64,000 nucleotides of DNA from Candidatus Polarisedimenticolia bacterium (GTDB lineage: Bacteria > Acidobacteriota > Polarisedimenticolia > Gp22-AA2): assembly GCA_036005805.1 (NCBI GenBank), contig DASYQE010000066.1:5502-69501 (forward strand), read 5' to 3'. Of the stretch, positions 39,058 to 48,074 are shown piece after piece. Both the position numbers and the translations under genes were made by a program. The notes beneath the pieces were generated by a model. That model ran no database searches, had not been told where the DNA came from, and was given only the letters and a program-made list of their open reading frames with translations. Position 1 is the stretch's first letter. Every line of letters begins with the position of its first letter.

Positions 39058-40950
39058 ATGTGCGGCATCGCCGGCATCGTCGATCTCGGGGGCGGACCCG
39101 TCCTTCCGGGAGAGCTCCGACGCATGTGCGACGTCATGCGCCACCGCGGGCCGGACGACGAGGGGATCTACCTGGGCGCCGGGGCCGGGCTGGGGATGCG
39201 GCGGCTGAGCATCATCGATCTCGACACCGGCCGGCAGCCGATTCACAACGAGGACAAAACCGTCTGGGTGGTGCTGAACGGCGAGATCTACAACTTCCGC
39301 GATCTCCGGAAGCACCTGACGCGCCGGGGACATGCGTTTTCCACGCAGACCGACACGGAGACCATCGTGCACCTCTACGAAGAGTACGGCGATCGCTGCG
39401 TGGACCATCTGCGCGGCATGTTCGCCTTCGCCCTGTGGGACGAGAAGAGCCGGCGGCTGCTCCTGGCGCGCGACCGTCTCGGGGTGAAGCCGCTGTACTA
39501 CGCGGAGATCGGTGGACGACTCGTGTTCGCCTCGGAGCTCAAGGCCCTGCTGGAGCTTCCGGACGTCGAGCCGGAGATCGACTGGCCGGCCGCGTCGCAC
39601 CTGTTCACGTTCCTCACCACCCCCGTGTCCGGGAGCATCGTCCGGGGGGTCCGCAAGCTCCCGGCCGCGCACCTCCTGGTGGCCGCGGCCGGTCGCCGCA
39701 CCCGGGTCCACCCCTACTGGGACGTGCAGTTCTACCCGGACCGCGGCCGCAGCGCCGGCGACCTGATCGAGGAGCTGCGGACGCTCCTGGACGAGTCGGT
39801 GCGTCTGCGGCTGGTCAGCGACGTGCCGGTGGGGGCTTTTCTCAGCGGCGGCCTCGACTCGAGCGCGGTCGTGGCCACCATGGCGCCCCACGTGCAGGGC
39901 CCCCTCAAGACGTTCACGATCGGTTTCGCGGACCAGGCGTACGACGAGAGCGCGCACGCCCGGCGTGTCGCCCGGCAGTTCGGGACGGACCATCACGAGC
40001 TCATCCTCGAGCCCGACGTCACGGACCAGATCGAGGACATCGCCTGGCACCTCGACGAGCCGTTCGGCGACAGCTCGGCCATTCCCACCTACATGGTGTC
40101 GAAGCTCGCGGCAGAGCACGTCAAGGTGGTTCTCTCCGGCGACGGCGGGGACGAGATCTTCGCCGGGTACGAGCGCTATGTCGTCGAGGCGCGCCGGCGG
40201 GCCTTCCGGCTGCCGCGCCTCGCGCGCCGGATCGCGGGCCGCGCGGCCGGGCGGCTTCGGCCGGGCGCGAAAGGGCGCAACTTCCTCCACAACCTGGGGC
40301 TCGACGGCGCGCACCGCTACCTGGACGAATCGACGCTCTTCCGCCGGGACGACCTGGAGCGGCTGTTCCCGCCCGAGGTCCTGGACCGCATGGGGCCGCA
40401 CAATCCCTCGCGCGCCGAGCACGGCTACCTCGAGCACTCGGGCGGCCACTGGCTGTCGGCGGCGCGCTATCTCGACCTCAAGTCGTCCCTGCCGCTGGAC
40501 ATCCTCACCAAGGTGGACCGGATGAGCATGGCGCATTCGCTGGAGGCGCGCGAGCCGCTCCTCGATCACCGGCTGGTCGAGTTCGCGGCGGCGATCCCGC
40601 CCGGAATGCTGCTGCGCGACGGCACGACGAAGTGGATCTTCAAGGAGGCGATGCGCGGCATCCTGCCCGACGACATCATCGACCGGCGCAAGCAGGGCTT
40701 CGCCATCCCGCTCGGCCGCTGGTTCCGGGGGAAGCTCGGCGGGTTCGTCCACGATCTCCTGCTGACGAAACGCAGTCGCGAGCGGGGCTTCTTCAACCCG
40801 GCCGCCGTCGAGGATCTGGTGCGCAGCCACGAAGCGGGGCGTTCGCTCGACCTGCAGATCTGGACGCTCCTGTCCTTCGAGCTGTGGTGCCGTGCCTTCA
40901 TCGACGCCCGCCCCGCGCGGCAAAGGGAGGTCGCATGCGTGTCGCTCTGA
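39058..40950 (+). CDS. asparagine-synthase-like glutamine amidotransferase (AsnB family), copy 1
   Basis: The N-terminal nucleophile is MCGIAGIVD, the PP-loop is AFLSGGLDSSAVVA, and it is 630 aa long. Confidence 0.85.
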   Translation: MCGIAGIVDLGGGPVLPGELRRMCDVMRHRGPDDEGIYLGAGAGLGMRRLSIIDLDTGRQPIHNEDKTVWVVLNGEIYNFRDLRKHLTRRGHAFSTQTDTETIVHLYEEYGDRCVDHLRGMFAFALWDEKSRRLLLARDRLGVKPLYYAEIGGRLVFASELKALLELPDVEPEIDWPAASHLFTFLTTPVSGSIVRGVRKLPAAHLLVAAAGRRTRVHPYWDVQFYPDRGRSAGDLIEELRTLLDESVRLRLVSDVPVGAFLSGGLDSSAVVATMAPHVQGPLKTFTIGFADQAYDESAHARRVARQFGTDHHELILEPDVTDQIEDIAWHLDEPFGDSSAIPTYMVSKLAAEHVKVVLSGDGGDEIFAGYERYVVEARRRAFRLPRLARRIAGRAAGRLRPGAKGRNFLHNLGLDGAHRYLDESTLFRRDDLERLFPPEVLDRMGPHNPSRAEHGYLEHSGGHWLSAARYLDLKSSLPLDILTKVDRMSMAHSLEAREPLLDHRLVEFAAAIPPGMLLRDGTTKWIFKEAMRGILPDDIIDRRKQGFAIPLGRWFRGKLGGFVHDLLLTKRSRERGFFNPAAVEDLVRSHEAGRSLDLQIWTLLSFELWCRAFIDARPARQREVACVSL

Positions 40951-41993
40951 TCGCGCCAGGACCCGGATCCGTGGGAGGGCAGGAGGTGCAGGCGGCGGCG
41001 ATTCAGAATCACCTGCAGGCGGAGGGGCACCAGGTGACGCGGATCCCCATCGATCCGCCGTTCCCCTCCTCGCTGTCATGGCTGCGCCGCTGGCCCTACG
41101 CCCGCACCCTCCTCAACCAGGCCCTCTACGTGCCCTCGCTGCGACGCTTGCGTGAGGTCGACGTGGCGCACGCCTTCTCGGCCTCGTTCTGGTCGTTCCT
41201 CCTCGCGCCGACGCCGGCCATCGCCGTCGCGCGTCATTACGGGAAGCGGGTCGTTCTGCACTACCACAGTGGCGAGGCCGAGACGCACCTGGCGCGCTGG
41301 GGCCTGCTGGTGCATCCCTTCCTGCGGCGGGTGGATGAGATCGTCGTGCCGTCCGAATACCTTCGCGATGTGTTCGCGCGTCACGGCCACCGGGCGCGCG
41401 TCATCCGCAACATCGTGGACACCGGACGCTTCCGTTTCCGCGATCGGCCGCCTCTGCAGCCGCGCTTCCTCTCCGCCCGCAATCTCGAGCCGCACTACCG
41501 CGTGGACGTGACGATCCGGGCGTTCTCGCAACTGAAGAAGCGCTACCCGGAGGCCACCCTGACCGTCGCCGGGTCGGGCAGCGAGGAGCAACGCCTCCGC
41601 GGCCTGGCCCGGGGCCTCGGCGCCGGCGACGTGCGCTTCCTCGGAGCGATCGACCCGGGCCGGATGCCGGCGCTGTACGAAGAGGCCGACATCCTCCTGA
41701 ACGCGTCGGCCGTGGACAACCAGCCGGTGTCGGTCCTGGAGGCCTTCGCGGCCGGGCTCCCGGTCGTGTCCACGGCCACCGGCGACCTGGGGAACATCAT
41801 CCGCCACCGCACCACCGGCCTGCTCGTGCCGGTCGCGGATCCGGAGGCGATGGCCAGCGCCGCGTCCTACTTCCTCGGGAACCCGAACCGCGCCCACTCC
41901 ATCGCCCGGAGCGCCCGGCAGGAAGCGGAGAAGTACAGCTGGGAGCACGTGCGGAAATCCTGGCTCGCGGTCTACACGGGGCGGCCGGCATGA
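40935..41993 (+). CDS. GT4-family (GT-B) glycosyltransferase
   Basis: Blocks include RVALIAPGPGSVGGQEV and the E-x7-E region ASAVDNQPVSVLEAFAAGLPVVSTATGDLGNII. It overlaps asnB-like copy 1 by 16 nt. Confidence 0.8.
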   Translation: MRVALIAPGPGSVGGQEVQAAAIQNHLQAEGHQVTRIPIDPPFPSSLSWLRRWPYARTLLNQALYVPSLRRLREVDVAHAFSASFWSFLLAPTPAIAVARHYGKRVVLHYHSGEAETHLARWGLLVHPFLRRVDEIVVPSEYLRDVFARHGHRARVIRNIVDTGRFRFRDRPPLQPRFLSARNLEPHYRVDVTIRAFSQLKKRYPEATLTVAGSGSEEQRLRGLARGLGAGDVRFLGAIDPGRMPALYEEADILLNASAVDNQPVSVLEAFAAGLPVVSTATGDLGNIIRHRTTGLLVPVADPEAMASAASYFLGNPNRAHSIARSARQEAEKYSWEHVRKSWLAVYTGRPA

Positions 41994-44212
41994 GGCTGGA
42001 CCGCTTGCCGGGAATGGGACTCCACGAGCTGGCCAGTCGCGGCCGGCAGGAGGTCTCCAAGTGGCTGGAGCGTCTCGGTGTCACGGGGGATCCCGATGAC
42101 GCCGCGCGGCGCGGCCGCCTCCTGGCGTGCACGGGCGCGATCCCCGCGAGGCACGCGGGAGACGAGCTCGAACAGGCGCTCGGCCGGTCGCTGCAGCGGT
42201 TCAACCTGGAGGCGCCCGGCCGGTTCTTCGACGGCGCGGCGAACGCGGCCGAGGCGAGGCGGCTCCTCGATCGGTCCGCGCCGAGGACACTCTCGCAGCT
42301 GCTGGCGGCGGCAGAGCCGATCGGTCGCAGGCGCTTCGATCTGCTCGGCTATCGCGATCTCTTTTTCGGCGACCCGATCGACTGGCATCTCGACCCGGTC
42401 TCGGGTCGGAGGACGCGCTTCGCTCACTGGAGCCGTCTCGACCTGTTCGACTCGGAGTCGATGGGCGACCCCAAAGTCGTCTGGGAGCTGAACCGGCACC
42501 AATGGCTGGTGACGCTGGGGCAGGCCTATCGCCTGACGGGAGACGAGGACTACGCCGTGACGTTCGCCTCGTCGGTCCGTGACTGGATGGGCGCCAATCC
42601 GGTCGGCTGGGGCATCAACTGGGCCAGCAGTCTGGAGGTCGCGCTGCGGCTGATCTCCTGGTGCTGGGCCCTGCACCTGTTCCGTGGCGCGCGCGCGCTC
42701 ACGCCCGATCTGTTCGCGCAGATGCGGACCGGCATCAGCAGCCACGCGACGCACATCGAACGCTACCTGTCCCGCTACACGTCACCCAACACCCACCTCA
42801 CGGGAGAGGCTCTCGGCCTGTTCTACGCGGGCACCCAGTTCCCCGAGCTCTCCGGGGCGGAAGGCTGGACGAGCACCGGCGAGCGCATCCTGGTGGAGCA
42901 GGTCGCGCTCCAGGTGCTGGACGACGGCGTCTATTTCGAGCAGTCGACCTGCTACCAGCGGTACACGGTCGAGATCTACCTGCACTACCTCATCCTGGCG
43001 TCGCGCTGCGGTCGTCCCGTCCCGGAAGAGGTCGCGGCAAGGATCCGCAAGGCGATCGACTTCCTGCTGGCTCTCGCCCTGCCCGGCGGGAGAGTTCCGA
43101 GCGTGGGAGACGGCGACGGAGGCTGCCTCCTGCCGCTGCACCGCCGGGAACCGGACGACATGCGGGCCACCTTCTCCACCGCGGCGGCGCTGTTCCGGCG
43201 GCCCGATTACGCCTGGGCGGCCGGCGACCTGGCCCCGGAGACGGAGTGGCTGCTCGGCACGTCGGGCGCGGAGGCCTTCCGCGCCCTCGCTCCCGCCCCG
43301 CCGGACGGCTCGTCCCATGGACTGTTCGGCACCGGCGGGTATGTCGTCATGCGCAGCGGCTGGGAGCCGCGCGACCATCAGATCATCTTCGACGTCGGGC
43401 CGCTGGGCCCCCCGGCCGCCGCGGGCCACGCGCATGCCGATCTGCTGAGCGTCCAGTGCGCCATGTTCGGGGAACCGTGCGTCGTGGACTCCGGCACGTT
43501 CCTCTATGCGACCGACCGCTCGTGGCGTGACGCGTTCCGCGGCACGGCGGCCCACAGCACCGTGATGGTGGACGGCGCCGGACAGGCGGAGCCGGACGGC
43601 CCGTTCGCCTGGCGCGACACGCCCGGCGCCCGGCTGCGGCGTCACGCCTCCGACGACTCCCTCGGCTACGCCGATGCCGAGCACGGCGCGTACTGCCGTC
43701 TCCCCGATCCGGTCGTGCACCGGCGGCGGGTGCTGTTCCTGAAGCCGCGCCTGCTGATCATCGTGGACGATCTCGAGGGGAACGCCGATCACCGCATCGA
43801 CGCCCGGTTCCAGTTCGCCCCCTTGCGGGTGGAACAGAAGGACGGCTGGGTGCACGCCCTCGGACCCCTGGGGCGGGGGCTCATGATGCGCTCCTTCGCG
43901 AACGTCGACCTGGCGACCCGCATCGTCACGGGCAGCGAGGCCCCGCCGCAGGGCTGGGTGTCGCCGCATTACGGACAGCGCCGGCCGGCCCCGGTGATGA
44001 TCGTCACCGCCGAGACGCGCCTGCCCCTCCGCCTCATCACGCTGCTGCTCCCGGCGGCCGGCGAGCCCGGCGCGACTCCCGAAGTGTCGCTCCTCGACGC
44101 GGACGCGCGACGGCCGTCCGGGCTCGTCCTCGACCGGGGCCGGGACACGCTGCGGTTCGAGGACGACGCGGTCGTCGTCAATGGCCGGAGATTTCCGGAG
44201 CCGGCCGCCTGA
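41990..44212 (+). CDS. heparinase II/III-like (alginate-lyase-fold N-domain plus Hepar_II_III C-domain) protein, apparently cytoplasmic
   Basis: The N-domain block is KVVWELNRHQWLVTLGQAYRLTGDEDYA and the C-domain block is AGHAHADLLSVQCAMFGEPCVVDSGTFLY. There is no signal peptide. It overlaps the GT4 gene by ATGA. Confidence 0.75.
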   Translation: MRLDRLPGMGLHELASRGRQEVSKWLERLGVTGDPDDAARRGRLLACTGAIPARHAGDELEQALGRSLQRFNLEAPGRFFDGAANAAEARRLLDRSAPRTLSQLLAAAEPIGRRRFDLLGYRDLFFGDPIDWHLDPVSGRRTRFAHWSRLDLFDSESMGDPKVVWELNRHQWLVTLGQAYRLTGDEDYAVTFASSVRDWMGANPVGWGINWASSLEVALRLISWCWALHLFRGARALTPDLFAQMRTGISSHATHIERYLSRYTSPNTHLTGEALGLFYAGTQFPELSGAEGWTSTGERILVEQVALQVLDDGVYFEQSTCYQRYTVEIYLHYLILASRCGRPVPEEVAARIRKAIDFLLALALPGGRVPSVGDGDGGCLLPLHRREPDDMRATFSTAAALFRRPDYAWAAGDLAPETEWLLGTSGAEAFRALAPAPPDGSSHGLFGTGGYVVMRSGWEPRDHQIIFDVGPLGPPAAAGHAHADLLSVQCAMFGEPCVVDSGTFLYATDRSWRDAFRGTAAHSTVMVDGAGQAEPDGPFAWRDTPGARLRRHASDDSLGYADAEHGAYCRLPDPVVHRRRVLFLKPRLLIIVDDLEGNADHRIDARFQFAPLRVEQKDGWVHALGPLGRGLMMRSFANVDLATRIVTGSEAPPQGWVSPHYGQRRPAPVMIVTAETRLPLRLITLLLPAAGEPGATPEVSLLDADARRPSGLVLDRGRDTLRFEDDAVVVNGRRFPEPAA

Positions 44213-44760
44213 TGGACCAGCGGCGCTCCCGGCGACCTCGTCACGCGCTTCCGGCGGTCCTGATCCCCCTGGTGGCTCTCGGTCTCGGTCTGCTGACCGC
44301 CTGCCAGGGAGGACCCGACCTCATCATTCCTGAAGCTGCAGGGACCGCAGGCTGCACGGTGACTCAGGCCGATCTCCAGGGGACCTGGGTCATCACTCAC
44401 GTCGCCGCGACGCTGTTCTGTCCGGCGGGCGTCCCCTTCGCGACGACCACGAGGGCCAACCGTTTCGGCCCGGTGAGCGTCGTCAGGGATGAGGCGTTGC
44501 CGGGATTCAGGATCACCGCCACCGGGCTCACGGCGACGGTCGTGGACGTCACCTGCGACGTCGCCTGGACGTATCTGGATCGCGACACCAACGCGCGGTA
44601 CGAGTGCTTCACCACGTTTCAGCCCGGTTCGGCCGGCGGGACGATGGAGATCGGACACTCCGATCGGGTCACGCGGCTCAACAACAACGGCACCACGGCA
44701 GCCTCCTGCTCCATTCCTCTCCCATACCTCGACACCTCCATCGTGGTCGAGGGTCCCTGA
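44212..44760 (+). CDS. Cys-containing lipoprotein (182 aa), unknown function
   Basis: The lipobox is LGLLTAC. The mature part contains several Cys residues. Its start shares one base with the upstream stop codon. Confidence 0.55.
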   Translation: MDQRRSRRPRHALPAVLIPLVALGLGLLTACQGGPDLIIPEAAGTAGCTVTQADLQGTWVITHVAATLFCPAGVPFATTTRANRFGPVSVVRDEALPGFRITATGLTATVVDVTCDVAWTYLDRDTNARYECFTTFQPGSAGGTMEIGHSDRVTRLNNNGTTAASCSIPLPYLDTSIVVEGP

Positions 44761-44769
44761 AAGGAGACC

Positions 44770-46122
44770 ATGACACACGCACCGAAATCGCTCCTGGCGC
44801 TCGTCGCCCTCGGTCTCCTCGGGCTGCTTTTCGGGCTCCGGGGGATCCCATCGACCCAGGCGGGGACGGCGGAAGAGGGAGGCAAGGTGAGCGCATCGGA
44901 TCGAGAGGTCGCAAATCATGCGCGCGCGATGATCGAAGAAGGCCGGCAGACGTTCCGCTTCGACACCTTCGGAGACGAGCACTTCTGGGGCGATGCCCTC
45001 GGGATTCACCGGGCGATCGCCGGCGCCACCCTGGGAGGCGTCGGTCCGGGTCTGGGAGCCAGGGCCGCGCTCGGCGCCGGCCTCAAGGTCGATGTCGATG
45101 CCCTTCCCAGGCCCCTGCTCGATCAGCTCAAGGGCGGCAACGTGGACCTCGGCAGCCCGAAGACCACCGTCGCCCTGTTGAAGCTGCATGCGGTCGTCGG
45201 CCTCACCGGATTCTTCGACACCCGCGGGACCCTCACGTCGATTGGCATGCAGTGCGCCCTGTGCCACTCCACGGTCGACGACTCTTTCGCCCCGGGGATC
45301 GGCCACCGGCTCGACGGCTGGGCGAACCGCGACCTCAACGTCGGCGCGATCGTGGGATTGTCACCCGACTTGACGCCGGTCGTCATGCTGCTGGGGGTCC
45401 CCGAAGAGACGGTGCGTGCCGTCCTGGCCTCCTGGGGACCCGGGAAGTTCGACGCCGCGCTGTTCCTGGACGGCAAGGCCTTCCGCCCCGACGGCGCCAC
45501 CGGCGCCACGCTCCTGCCGCCGGCGTTCGGCCTCGCCGGCGTGAACCTGCACACCTGGACCGGCTGGGGGTCGGTGACCCACTGGAACGCCTTCGTCGCC
45601 AACCTCGAGATGCACGGGCAGGGGATCTTCTTCGACCCGAGGCTGGATGACGCGGCGCAGTTCCCGATCGCGGCGGCGAATGGCTTCGGGCACGTGAAGA
45701 GCGACTCCGATCGGATCACGCCGAGGCTCGCCGCCCTGCACTTCTACCAGCTCGCCCTCGAGGCCCCGCGCCCGCCCAGGGGCTCGTTCGACGCCGCGGC
45801 CGCGGCACGCGGGGAAGCGATCTTCAACGGCAGTGCGCGGTGCGCCTCGTGCCATGTCCCGCCGATCTTCACCGAGCCGGGCTGGAATCTGCACGCGGCC
45901 TCCGAGATCGGCATCGACGACTTCCAGGCGAGCCGCTCTCCCGACCGGCGCTATCGCACCACTCCTCTCAAAGGGTTGTGGACGCACCGGAAGGGCGGCT
46001 TCTATCACGACGGACGGTTCGCGACCCTGAACCTCGTCGTCGATCACTACGACACCTTCTTCGCGCTGGGTCTCGGCGCACAGGAGAAGAGCGACCTTGT
46101 CGAGTACCTCGACTCGCTCTAG
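44770..46122 (+). CDS. di-haem cytochrome c peroxidase / MauG-family-like enzyme
   Basis: It has a signal peptide and two CXXCH motifs (MQCALCHST and ARCASCHVP). The C-terminal block RTTPLKGLW...GGFYHDGRFATLNLVVDHYD...EKSDLVEYLDSL is typical of the CCP/MauG C-terminal domain. The SD is AAAGGAGACC. Confidence 0.7.
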   Translation: MTHAPKSLLALVALGLLGLLFGLRGIPSTQAGTAEEGGKVSASDREVANHARAMIEEGRQTFRFDTFGDEHFWGDALGIHRAIAGATLGGVGPGLGARAALGAGLKVDVDALPRPLLDQLKGGNVDLGSPKTTVALLKLHAVVGLTGFFDTRGTLTSIGMQCALCHSTVDDSFAPGIGHRLDGWANRDLNVGAIVGLSPDLTPVVMLLGVPEETVRAVLASWGPGKFDAALFLDGKAFRPDGATGATLLPPAFGLAGVNLHTWTGWGSVTHWNAFVANLEMHGQGIFFDPRLDDAAQFPIAAANGFGHVKSDSDRITPRLAALHFYQLALEAPRPPRGSFDAAAAARGEAIFNGSARCASCHVPPIFTEPGWNLHAASEIGIDDFQASRSPDRRYRTTPLKGLWTHRKGGFYHDGRFATLNLVVDHYDTFFALGLGAQEKSDLVEYLDSL

Positions 46123-46130
46123 ACCCTTCC

Positions 46131-48047
46131 ATGTGCGGCATCGTCGGCATCCTGAAGCTGCGCCCGGGCGAGGGCGTGGAAGCCAAGCGCCTCGAGCGGA
46201 TGCGGGACACCCTGCGCCACCGCGGACCGGACGGGGAAGGGCTGCTCGTCGAGGGTCCCATCGGCCTGGGGCATCGGCGGCTGGCCATCGTCGATCCGAA
46301 GGGCGGCCGGCAGCCGATGGCGAACGAGGATCAAAGCGTCTGGATCATCTGCAACGGCGAGATCTACAACCATCCCGATCTCCGGCCGCGCCTGGAAGCG
46401 CGGGGACACCGGTACGGGACGCACAGCGACAACGAGACGATCCTGCACCTCTACGAGGAGCAGGAGGATCGCTGCGTCGAGTCGCTGCGCGGCATGTTCG
46501 CCTTCGCCCTGTGGGACCGGAAGCGCGGCCGGCTCCTGCTGGCGCGCGATCGGCTGGGGATCAAGCCTCTGTACTACGCGCTCACCGAGCACGAGCTGAT
46601 CTTCGCGTCGGAGATCAAGGCGATCCTGGCGTCGGGCTGGATCACCCCGCGGCTGAACGAGGACATCCTCCCGGAATTCCTGGCCAACCGCTTCGTCGCC
46701 GGGGAGGAGACCTTCTTCCACGGGGTGCGCAAGCTGCTGCCGGGCCGGGTGCTGTCGTGGTCGCGCGAGCCCGGGGTCACCCAAAGGCGCTGGTGGCACC
46801 TGCCCGATCCGGCCGAGCCGGCCGGCGGGACGGTGCGGCAGCAGGCGGCCGAGGTGCGGGGGCGCCTGGAAGACGCGGTCCGGAGCCACCTCATGAGCGA
46901 CGTCCCGCTGGGGCTGTTCCTCTCGGGCGGCCTCGACTCGACCGGGCTGGCCGTCCTCATGGCCCGCATGACCCGGGAACCGATCCAGACGTTCGCGGTC
47001 GGCTTCGACGACGCGGAGGCGAACGAGCTCCCCTTCGCGCGCCTGGCGGCGCGGACGGCCGGCGCCGTGCACCGGGAGATCGTCCTCGGCGCGGGGGACT
47101 TCTTCGCCGACCTGCCCGGCCTGGTGTGGCACGAGGACGAGCCCATCGCCTTCGAATCGAGCGTGCCGCTGCACGCCGTGTCCCGGCTCGCCGCGCGGCA
47201 CGTCAAGGTGGTGCTGAGCGGCGAAGGGGCGGACGAGCTCTTCCTCGGCTACAACCGCTACCGGGTCACGGCGTGGAACGAGCGGCTGGGGAAGGTCTAC
47301 CGGCATCTGGTCCCCTCGTCGCTGCGGGAACGCGCCAGCGGGATGCTGCAGACGCTTCCCCGGTCGATCCGCCGTTACGCCGAGCGCAGCTTCCTCGCAC
47401 TCGAACCCGGTCCCCGCGCGCTGCTCTGCGACAACTACGCCGTCTTTCCGGAGCGCCTGCAGAGCCGCCTCCTGCCCGCCCGGATGCAGCGGGCCGTCCG
47501 CGATCCGTACGCGGAGACGCTGCGGTCCTTCGAGGCGGCCGGAGGGGACACGCTCGATCGGATCGGACGCGCCGACATCCAGACGTACCTCGTCGAGCTC
47601 CTCATGAAGCAGGACCAGATGAGCATGGCGGCGTCCCTCGAGAGCCGGGTGCCCTACCTGGACCATCCGCTGGTCGAGCAGGTCACCGCCCTGCCGGCGC
47701 GCTTCAAGCTGCGCGGCGGGCGCACCAAGGCGGTGCTCCGGGCCGCGCTGCAGGACGTCGTCCCGCGGCCGATCCTCGAGCGCCGCAAGATGGGGTTCCC
47801 GGTTCCGTTCGGCCGGTGGATTCGCAACGGCTGGCGGTCCGTGGTCGAGGAGTTCGTCCTCTCCCCCCGGACACTGCGCCGCAATCTCTTCCGTCCCGCC
47901 GCGCTCAGGACGATGGCGCACGAGCACCACGCCGGCGTCGCCGACCACGGCAGCCGCCTGTGGCTGCTGGTGAATCTCGAGATCTGGCAACGAATCTTCC
48001 TCGATGGCGAGGGGCCGCAGTCCATCCGGATGCGCTCCGGCGTCTGA
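46131..48047 (+). CDS. asparagine-synthase-like glutamine amidotransferase (AsnB family), copy 2
   Basis: It carries MCGIVGIL and the PP-loop LFLSGGLDSTGLAV, is 638 aa long, and is clearly paralogous to the 39058 gene. Confidence 0.85.
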   Translation: MCGIVGILKLRPGEGVEAKRLERMRDTLRHRGPDGEGLLVEGPIGLGHRRLAIVDPKGGRQPMANEDQSVWIICNGEIYNHPDLRPRLEARGHRYGTHSDNETILHLYEEQEDRCVESLRGMFAFALWDRKRGRLLLARDRLGIKPLYYALTEHELIFASEIKAILASGWITPRLNEDILPEFLANRFVAGEETFFHGVRKLLPGRVLSWSREPGVTQRRWWHLPDPAEPAGGTVRQQAAEVRGRLEDAVRSHLMSDVPLGLFLSGGLDSTGLAVLMARMTREPIQTFAVGFDDAEANELPFARLAARTAGAVHREIVLGAGDFFADLPGLVWHEDEPIAFESSVPLHAVSRLAARHVKVVLSGEGADELFLGYNRYRVTAWNERLGKVYRHLVPSSLRERASGMLQTLPRSIRRYAERSFLALEPGPRALLCDNYAVFPERLQSRLLPARMQRAVRDPYAETLRSFEAAGGDTLDRIGRADIQTYLVELLMKQDQMSMAASLESRVPYLDHPLVEQVTALPARFKLRGGRTKAVLRAALQDVVPRPILERRKMGFPVPFGRWIRNGWRSVVEEFVLSPRTLRRNLFRPAALRTMAHEHHAGVADHGSRLWLLVNLEIWQRIFLDGEGPQSIRMRSGV

Positions 48048-48074
48048 CCTTCCGCTCCGCGGAGAAAGGCCTTC

